From an uncultured Alistipes sp. (GTDB lineage Bacteria; Bacteroidota; Bacteroidia; Bacteroidales; Rikenellaceae), in the NCBI GenBank assembly GCA_964370585.1, contig CAYJJV010000012.1, forward strand, positions 1 through 58,440: a DNA stretch of 58,440 nucleotides. The letters run 5' to 3'. The translations under genes and the position numbers were made by a program. Shown piece by piece: positions 51,746 to 58,440 of this stretch; position 1 is the first letter of the stretch, and every line of letters begins with the position of its first letter. The notes under the pieces are model-generated. The model ran no database searches. It was not told where the DNA came from and saw only the letters and a program-made list of their open reading frames with translations.

Positions 51746-52986
51746 GGCTGTTAATCTATAATATTGGTCAAATTGTCGGTATCCAACCGCCCGACAAAAA
51801 GCGTCTGTGTGGCGCTGAGATGGGGAGGATGAACGCTATCGAAAATGGATGGTTGTTGGTTGAAAATGAGCGTATTGTCACCTTTGGTCGAATGGAAGAT
51901 TTGGCTGAAGATGCAGTGCCGAGAGCCGATAAGGCTATCGATGCCGAAGGTGGGGTTTTGATGCCCTCGTTTTGCGATTCGCACACCCATATCGTCTATG
52001 CTGGTAGCCGTGAGGGGGAGTTCTTGGATAAGATAAATGGGCTTACGTATGAACAAATTGCCGCACGAGGTGGTGGTATTTTGGCCTCAGCTGATAGGTT
52101 AAGCATCACTTCAGAAGAGGAGCTCTACCACCAAGCTAATGAGCGACTTATGGAGGTGGCGGCAATGGGAACTGGAGCTATTGAGATAAAGAGTGGCTAT
52201 GGCCTATCGACCGAGTCGGAGTTGAAGATGTTGCGAGTCATAAAGCGCCTTAAAGAGAGTTCACGAGTGCATATAAAATCGACCTTTTTGGGGGCGCACG
52301 CTGTGGCACGTGACTATAGAGGGCGGCAGAGCGACTATGTCGATTTGGTTTGTCGTGAGATGATACCTGAGGTTGGGCGTGAGGCGCTTGCCGACTATGT
52401 TGATGTCTTTTGTGACGATGGGTTCTTTACTGTAGCTGAAACTGAACGCATTCTCGATGCGGCCGCCAAATGGGGTCTGCGCCCCAAAATCCACGCTAAT
52501 GAGTTGGCAATTTCGGGTGGCGTACAGGTGGGTGTCAAGCATAATGCCCTATCGGTAGACCACCTCGAGGCGATGGGCAGTGAGGAGATTGAGGCGCTCA
52601 GAGGTAGCGCAACGATGCCGACAGTCCTGCCGGGCGTATCGCTATTTTTGGGCATCAACTACGCTCCCGCACGAGCGATGATTGATGCGGGGTTAGGCGT
52701 GGCACTGGCATCGGACTATAATCCCGGTTCGTCGCCATCGGGCAATATGCGAATGGTGATGTCGCTGGCATCGTTTCGGATGAAACTATCCCCCACCGAG
52801 ACCCTAAATGCCGCAACGCTCAATGGCGCCTACGCCTTAGGCAGCGAGGAGGATTATGGCTCAATCACGCAAGGCAAAATAGCCAACTTTGTCATAACCA
52901 AGCCAGTACCATCCTTTGAATTCTTCACCTACGCCTACCAAACCCCCCTTATCAAGCGGGTATTTTTAAGGGGAGAGGAGCTTTAG
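51742..52986 (+). CDS. hutI: Imidazolonepropionase
   Basis: 'DSHTH', 'EIKSGYG', 'HANEL', 'SDYNPGSSP'. Confidence 0.96.
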   Translation: MRLLIYNIGQIVGIQPPDKKRLCGAEMGRMNAIENGWLLVENERIVTFGRMEDLAEDAVPRADKAIDAEGGVLMPSFCDSHTHIVYAGSREGEFLDKINGLTYEQIAARGGGILASADRLSITSEEELYHQANERLMEVAAMGTGAIEIKSGYGLSTESELKMLRVIKRLKESSRVHIKSTFLGAHAVARDYRGRQSDYVDLVCREMIPEVGREALADYVDVFCDDGFFTVAETERILDAAAKWGLRPKIHANELAISGGVQVGVKHNALSVDHLEAMGSEEIEALRGSATMPTVLPGVSLFLGINYAPARAMIDAGLGVALASDYNPGSSPSGNMRMVMSLASFRMKLSPTETLNAATLNGAYALGSEEDYGSITQGKIANFVITKPVPSFEFFTYAYQTPLIKRVFLRGEEL

Positions 52987-54431
52987 AGAGTGCCACCCTT
53001 GATAATCTGCAAAAGTTGCAATAACACTGCATCTGTGCCGTTGGTATACTCCTCTGCCACGTATGGGATGAAAATATCGGGGTGGAGTGTATCATCGATA
53101 GCATTTGAGTACTCATCATATTTAACGGTGCAGATGCCCGATGGAGATATATTGGTGCCAGCAAATTTGCCATTTATATTGAGTGTCTCGCCAAAACTTA
53201 GAGCACCTCTACGCAGAGGCTCACCACAGATAGTAGCCATATCATTGTAATCCAATAGATTGACAAACATAGCCGCTGTCGAGGATGTGTCCTTGCTGGC
53301 AAGAATGTAGTAGTTCATTCCATCGATATACAGCTCGGGGTTGAGTGGAATCTCTTTATGGAATTGGTCATTAGGGAACTCCACATTCATACCTATCATA
53401 TCCTCCGAAGCAAAGTCGTAATCGAGTGTAAATTCCGATACACGCAATTTTTGTCCCTTGCCAATTTGAATACTTTGCTTGTCTGTGAAGATAGAGAGTA
53501 GCTCGTCGAAATTGCTGCCATACCCTCCCGGATTCTCTCTAACATCTATTATGATATTCTCGATACCCTGCTCTTTAAACTGCTCTATCGCACCACGAAG
53601 GCGTTTAATTAGGTGCGAGTTGTTGTAGAAAAACTCCTTGATGCATATATATCCGCAGTTGTAGTCGCTATATGCCTGCACATTGTAGCTATCCTTAACA
53701 AACATTTTGGAGGGTTTAAAACCCTCAGTTGATATTGTGATTGGTTTGCCATTACGGATAATCTCCACATCAAAATTGGCGGTAACGACCATCCACCAAT
53801 CGTGGTTCAACATCAAATTAAATGGTGTAGTGAACCTATCTTCGTAGTAGTTGTATTTTAGGTAATCCCTTGACGATACGCCATTTATCGATGTTACGAT
53901 GTCGCCCGATTGAAATTGAGGGTCAAGCGATTTGTATATTATCAGAGAGTCGTTAATGTTGCATAGCGTTAAGGGCAGTTGCCTCTGTTTTTTTATGATA
54001 TATTTGTATATCGCCATCGACTCCTTATCTGACGGTGCATCAATTACTTGATTAATCCTAAAGTGTGGATCTATCGAGTGAGCCCACCCAAAAATCGGTT
54101 GCAAGATATAGATAATGTCACGACGAGAGTATGTGTCGGTGTCAAATTGTGCAATACGCCTCTGTACTTCAACTCTTAGGCTATCCTTTAGTTTACCCTT
54201 GTATAGGTCGCCTAACAGTGGGTGCACTTTGAATGCACCATTGGCCATATTCTCACACGAATCAACGAGCGTCACCTTAACATCGTAGCAGGTGACAGGT
54301 CGATTAGCAAGCTCAACAATAGGTTTTTCAATAAAGTACCCTCCTTTAACATCTTCATTTGTTTGAGCCGCCAAAATAAAGTTTGCACATAACACCATCA
54401 ACAACGACAAAATAACACTCTTTTTACACAT
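52983..54431 (-). CDS. Secreted S41-family peptidase with PDZ-like segment
   Basis: Signal peptide; 'GDIVTSING', 'IIIDVRENPGG', 'TSSTAAMF', 'LHPDI'. Confidence 0.75.
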   Translation of the reverse strand: MCKKSVILSLLMVLCANFILAAQTNEDVKGGYFIEKPIVELANRPVTCYDVKVTLVDSCENMANGAFKVHPLLGDLYKGKLKDSLRVEVQRRIAQFDTDTYSRRDIIYILQPIFGWAHSIDPHFRINQVIDAPSDKESMAIYKYIIKKQRQLPLTLCNINDSLIIYKSLDPQFQSGDIVTSINGVSSRDYLKYNYYEDRFTTPFNLMLNHDWWMVVTANFDVEIIRNGKPITISTEGFKPSKMFVKDSYNVQAYSDYNCGYICIKEFFYNNSHLIKRLRGAIEQFKEQGIENIIIDVRENPGGYGSNFDELLSIFTDKQSIQIGKGQKLRVSEFTLDYDFASEDMIGMNVEFPNDQFHKEIPLNPELYIDGMNYYILASKDTSSTAAMFVNLLDYNDMATICGEPLRRGALSFGETLNINGKFAGTNISPSGICTVKYDEYSNAIDDTLHPDIFIPYVAEEYTNGTDAVLLQLLQIIKGGTL

Positions 54432-54552
54432 AATCTATCTAAATTTAGGTTTAAAATCAAGCAAATATGCTTTTAAACGTTTTTTTATTTGGATTATTGT
54501 TTTGGCAAGGAGCTTTAGAGGGTATTGTTATCTATTGCAAAGTACACAGTGA

Positions 54553-55635
54553 TTAAACTATACGTAGGTATTTGCCTTTTGGTAAAAGGGATAAAACCTT
54601 AACAATGCAGTAGGAGCCGATAAGGCATAAAATTGAGTACACTCCAATTTTTAGGGGTGTACTTTCGATAAAGCTAAGGTGTGCATTGATGAAGTTCAAC
54701 ACCAAAATATGAGATAGATAGATGCCGTATGATGCCTTAGCTACCTCTCTGATAATGATATTATTGAAATGACCACCTACACTCTTCATAATCACAAAGA
54801 GTCCAAATGATGCCAATATCACGTTGGGCGCACAAAATCGCCAAGCAATTTCATAGAGATATAGATCCCCTGAAGAGTAGAAATTGTTGAACCAAAGATA
54901 GCCAACAATCCACCCTGCAACAAAGCATATAGAGCCTATTGTCAGGCTCTTAGCTCTACTCCAGTCGATGAATTGCCTAATATAGTATGCCAAAACTACA
55001 TAGCCGATGTATCCTGAGAAGTTCCAAAAGGTAGAAAATTCGTTCCATTTGCACTCCCCAAAGATGCTGATCCACTCATTTGTGTCGGCAAAGTACTTTA
55101 GGTAGTGGTGAAACGATGCGACGAACCAAATGGCAATGAATATCTGAACTTCACGTTTAGTTGCCGATTTTAACCAAGCCGAGATGATGGGGATAAAGAG
55201 CACGACACCCACAAACATATAGATATACCAAAGGTGCCCGTCGTTGAACATATATGGAATGCGAAGTAGTCGTGTGGCAATCTCCTCAGTTGCAAAAGCG
55301 CCCCATAGAGCAGGCAAAGTGGCGTAAATGATAGACCAAAAGAGAAATGGAGTCAAAATCTTTGGGAGTCTATTTTTGTAGAAGAGCTCCATCCGCTCCT
55401 TTGTGGGCACCAATAGATATGCTGAAATCATCACGAATATTGGTACAGAAACCCTCAAAGCACTATCAATGAACCCCGCCCAAAATATCTCACTGTCAGT
55501 GAATTGACGTGTGCCAATATAGAAAAATTCGCAAGCGTGCACAATCAAGACCATAAAGATTGCTGCAGCTCGTGTTGTGTCGATGAACGCAACTCTATTT
55601 TGTGTTAAATTATCATCTTTCTCCATATTTCCCAA
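54553..55635 (-). CDS. Acyltransferase-3 (OafA-like) membrane protein
   Basis: 'IDTTRAAAIFMVLIVH', 'VPIFVMISAY', 'HLWYI', 'SYGIYLSH'. Confidence 0.87.
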   Translation of the reverse strand: MGNMEKDDNLTQNRVAFIDTTRAAAIFMVLIVHACEFFYIGTRQFTDSEIFWAGFIDSALRVSVPIFVMISAYLLVPTKERMELFYKNRLPKILTPFLFWSIIYATLPALWGAFATEEIATRLLRIPYMFNDGHLWYIYMFVGVVLFIPIISAWLKSATKREVQIFIAIWFVASFHHYLKYFADTNEWISIFGECKWNEFSTFWNFSGYIGYVVLAYYIRQFIDWSRAKSLTIGSICFVAGWIVGYLWFNNFYSSGDLYLYEIAWRFCAPNVILASFGLFVIMKSVGGHFNNIIIREVAKASYGIYLSHILVLNFINAHLSFIESTPLKIGVYSILCLIGSYCIVKVLSLLPKGKYLRIV

Positions 55636-55715
55636 TCTCTAAGTTTGCAATTTTGCAGGGACAAAGATATGAAAATTATTGTAAAGTAAACCCTTCTTTT
55701 TGTAGGGGTGAACGG

Positions 55716-57074
55716 TTATAACCGCTCCAACCCCTCCAAAGATTTTTTGATTTCACTATCGCTTGGCGTGTACTCCTTCAGGGCGCCTGCCAAGTGGTTT
55801 TCGTATGCGTGTAGGTCTACTATGCCGTGCCCCGAGAGGTTGAAGAGTATGGTCTTCTCTTCGCCACTCTCTTTTGCTTGCAACGCCTCACGGATGGTTG
55901 CGGCGATTGCGTGTGTCGATTCTGGGGCGGGGATGATACCCTCGCTACGTGCAAAAAGCACACCTGCAGCAAGCGTTTCGTTTTGAGCTACGGATGTCGC
56001 CTCAATTAGCCCATCCTTCAGCAGCTGACTAACAACTGCCCCTGCTCCGTGATAGCGTAGTCCCCCTGCGTGGATGGCTGAGGGTTGGAAATCGTGCCCT
56101 AAAGTGTACATCGGAATTAAGGGTGTGAAGCCAGCGGTGTCGCCAAAATCGTAACATAACTCGCCACGTGTGAGCTTGGGGCAGCTCTCAGGCTCGACCG
56201 CCACGATGCGGATATTTTTGCCCTCTGTGAGGTTTTGGCGCAGGAACGGAAACCCCAACCCTGCAAAGTTGCTACCGCCACCAAAACATCCGATCACAAC
56301 GTCGGGCTCGGCATCGGCCATCTGCATCTGTAGAATCGCCTCCTCGCCAATGATTGTCTGGTGCAGCACCACGTGGTTCAGCACGCTGCCCAAGCAATAG
56401 CGAGTCTCTGCGGGGCTCTGCATCGCCAGCTCGACAGCCTCCGAGATTGCCAAGCCCAGTGTGCCGTTGCAGGCGGGGTCTTTGGCGAGTGCGGCACGCC
56501 CTGCAGCGGTCATCTCGCTGGGCGATGGTGTGCAGGCAGCGCCATAGGTCTGCATCATCAGACGGCGATATGGCTTTTGGTCGTAGCTCACACGCACCAT
56601 AAAGACCTGCAAATCAATGCCAAAGTGCTTGGCGGCGAACGACATAGCTACACCCCACTGCCCTGCACCCGTCTCGGTCGTGAGGCGCTTTACCCCCTGC
56701 TCGGCATTGTAGAAAGCCTGTGCAACGGCAGTGTTTGGCTTGTGTGAGCCTGCAGGCGATACGCTCTCGTTCTTGAAATATATCTTGGCAGGGGTGTCCA
56801 GCGCACGCTCCAACCCATAAGCTCGCACCAGCGGAGCAGGTCGCCATATCTTATATATATCACGCACTGGGTCGGGAATCTCGATGTAGCGCTCTTTGGA
56901 GAGCTCTTGGCGAGCCAACTCACGGGCAAAAATTGCGCTGAGCATCTCTTCTGTAACTGGCTCTTTTGTACCCGGATGCAGCATTGGCGCAGCTGCAGTG
57001 GGCATATCTGCCACAATGTTATACCACGCACATGGCATCATCTCTTCGGGAAGGATAAATTTCTTTGATTTCAT
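55716..57074 (-). CDS. trpB: TrpB2-type tryptophan synthase beta
   Basis: Start MKSKKF at 57074; 'WYNIVAD', 'AGSHKPNTA', 'TETGAGQWG', 'HAGGLRYHG', 'PAPES'. Confidence 0.93.
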   Translation of the reverse strand: MKSKKFILPEEMMPCAWYNIVADMPTAAAPMLHPGTKEPVTEEMLSAIFARELARQELSKERYIEIPDPVRDIYKIWRPAPLVRAYGLERALDTPAKIYFKNESVSPAGSHKPNTAVAQAFYNAEQGVKRLTTETGAGQWGVAMSFAAKHFGIDLQVFMVRVSYDQKPYRRLMMQTYGAACTPSPSEMTAAGRAALAKDPACNGTLGLAISEAVELAMQSPAETRYCLGSVLNHVVLHQTIIGEEAILQMQMADAEPDVVIGCFGGGSNFAGLGFPFLRQNLTEGKNIRIVAVEPESCPKLTRGELCYDFGDTAGFTPLIPMYTLGHDFQPSAIHAGGLRYHGAGAVVSQLLKDGLIEATSVAQNETLAAGVLFARSEGIIPAPESTHAIAATIREALQAKESGEEKTILFNLSGHGIVDLHAYENHLAGALKEYTPSDSEIKKSLEGLERL

Positions 57075-57102
57075 CTTGAATATAATATTAATAGTTGTAT
57101 GC

Positions 57103-57144
57103 AAAAAAAGACCCACTGTCTACTCTTCGTAAACAATGGGTCTT
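57103..57144 (-). terminator. Attenuator terminator upstream of trpB2
   Basis: AAGACCCATTGTTTAC-GAAGA-GTAGACAGTGGGTCTT followed by a T-run. Confidence 0.88.
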
Positions 57145-57170
57145 GGTATCTGTCAATATAATAGTCTGAA

Positions 57171-57257
57171 CTATACACACACGTCTTTACCACTCACTTG
57201 CCTACGAAGGGAAATTGAGCGCCACCACCACGACTGTATGTTAAAACTGTGCATCAT
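57171..57257 (-). CDS. trpL: Trp leader peptide (28 aa, WWW)
   Basis: MMHSFNIQSWWWRSISLRRQVSGKDVCV*; TATATTTG promoter element at 57276-57283; antiterminator arm lies in the ORF. Confidence 0.85.
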   Translation of the reverse strand: MMHSFNIQSWWWRSISLRRQVSGKDVCV

Positions 57258-57334
57258 ATTTTGATTTTCTAAATGCAAATATATTAAATAAAATCAATAT
57301 CTCCAAATTTTTTGAGGAATTTTTGTTTGTAAAA

Positions 57335-57495
57335 TATTAGTGATGCGTTAAAAGCTCCTACCTCGTCATTGCGGACTTGATCCGCAATGACGAAAACTGA
57401 ATTTTACAATCAAATCGTTTACTATAAATAACTACACAAGTTGTTATTAATCATCATATTATGTAAATAAAATAAAACTTAATGCATCACTACTG
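57335..57495 (-). mobile_element. 161-bp MITE, copy 2 (inverted, REP doublet collapsed)
   Basis: Same TIRs and body as 46244-46456; 9-bp TSD TTTGTAAAA (57326-57334, 57496-57504). Confidence 0.88.
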
Positions 57496-57513
57496 TTTGT
57501 AAAATAAACGAGG

Positions 57514-57909
57514 TTATAAATTTTTCAATAAAATTATTAGCCAAATAATCACTCCAACAGCCCATAAGCACGTGAAAAACACCATTATGTTTTTGATTGT
57601 TTTAATGTCTGCCTGCATTGGATTTATTTGTGTAGGATTTGCTCGTTCATCTCTCGTATTTGAATAGTATTTGCATAATTCTGCATACTCTTCGTCTGTT
57701 ATATCAATAGGAGCGTCAGTAATTTTATAATATGCTTTTTTCTCATCGTCGTAAATAAAATTATCTGTATGTGATTTAGGTTTACTTTTGTAGTAAACTT
57801 TCACTTTTCGTGTTTCATCAATAAGTCCCAATGAAATTAGATATTCACCTCTTTTGACTTGTTCTTTCTTCTTTGCGCTTTGCAATAACTCTTCTACTTT
57901 TGGGTTCAT
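57514..57909 (-). CDS. Hypothetical protein with C-terminal TM anchor
   Basis: 131-aa AT-rich ORF ending in 'IMVFFTCLWAVGVIIWLIILL'; upstream promoter and leader. Confidence 0.7.
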   Translation of the reverse strand: MNPKVEELLQSAKKKEQVKRGEYLISLGLIDETRKVKVYYKSKPKSHTDNFIYDDEKKAYYKITDAPIDITDEEYAELCKYYSNTRDERANPTQINPMQADIKTIKNIMVFFTCLWAVGVIIWLIILLKNL

Positions 57910-57942
57910 AATTTTTAGTTTTAATAGTTTATTATAAAAAAT

Positions 57943-58090
57943 GCGTGGTCAATACTCAACTGCTGAAAGGTACGACCAAGCACCACGCCACAATAAGTAA
58001 AGCCCACGCAAAGCGCAGGCGTTTAACAAATTGTTTTTTTGTGGCTCTTTAAATTGGTCGTTTTTTCAGCACAAAACAATAACAAAACGC
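57943..58090 (-). ncRNA. Long structured 5' leader RNA
   Basis: Nested pairings TGCTGAAA/TTTCAGCA, ACGACCAA/TTGGTCGT, GCCACAA/TTGTGGC, GCCTGCGC/GCGTGGGC; TATCTTTG promoter element at 58124-58131. Confidence 0.6.
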
Positions 58091-58264
58091 TATTTTCGGC
58101 AATTTTCTCGCTGCCTATTTCTGCAAAGATAAGAAAAATATCCAATATTGTTGTATGAAATATTGAGATTTTTGTTGTTTTCTAATCTTTTGTTAAATAG
58201 TATACTTTTAGTACACCGCAATAAAAATATAATCCCTCAAAATCAAGTGATTAAGAGGGATTTT

Positions 58265-58440
58265 GGTGCTCGGTGCAAAATGCTCCTATTGCACCGTTAA
58301 AGAATAAAAGAGAACCGCTAAAGCAATTCTCTATCATTCTTTTTCGGTACTCGGAGCTTTGGCAATCTCCTATAAAACCGTTAAGTCCCCAACTCCTTGC
58401 GAAGTTGAGGACTTTACAATTTTAAGTACTCGGAGCGGGA
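58265..58440. repeat. Three copies of a tRNA 3'-end-like motif GTRCTCGGWGC at ~80-bp spacing
   Basis: Starts at 58266, 58347, 58426; both spacers contain CTCCTAT-n-ACCGTTAA and a hairpin. Confidence 0.7.
58427..58440 (-). tRNA. Probable 3' end of a tRNA (Leu-like), truncated by the window
   Basis: Minus strand TCCCGCTCCGAGTA fits T-stem, acceptor arm and discriminator; followed by a terminator-like hairpin at 58383-58414; anticodon not visible. Confidence 0.5.

Overview
Chromosomal window from a Bacteroidota bacterium, probably Rikenellaceae/Alistipes-like (inferred from TAnnTTTG promoters and gene content). From left to right: an XRE-HTH gene next to a ~770-bp AT-rich intergenic region with repeated TTACAnnTGTAA palindromes and tandem DnaA-box-like motifs (candidate oriC). 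Then a housekeeping block (HIT, rel, recA, bcp, dnaA, pgm, SIMPL, O-methyltransferase, M16 peptidase, uvrA, yigZ, lepB, dapB, truA). Then a ~23-kb Wzx/Wzy/Wza/Wzc capsule locus with rml genes and an unusual tailoring module (aldolase, 2-hydroxyacid dehydrogenase, Asn-synthetase-like protein, TupA ATP-grasp). Then tRNA-Lys, carboxyspermidine pathway genes, an archaeal-type cysteate synthase, a ftcD-hutUHI operon, an S41 peptidase, an acyltransferase, and trpB2 under a Trp-codon attenuator. The window ends with a small orphan gene with a long structured leader and an ~80-bp periodic array of tRNA 3'-end copies. Intergenic regions contain CGTC-type REP palindromes. Some are nested inside MITEs, and one MITE family has two copies with clear 9-bp target-site duplications. 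No CRISPR array, prophage or autonomous transposase was seen. All protein calls come from motif recognition, not database searches.
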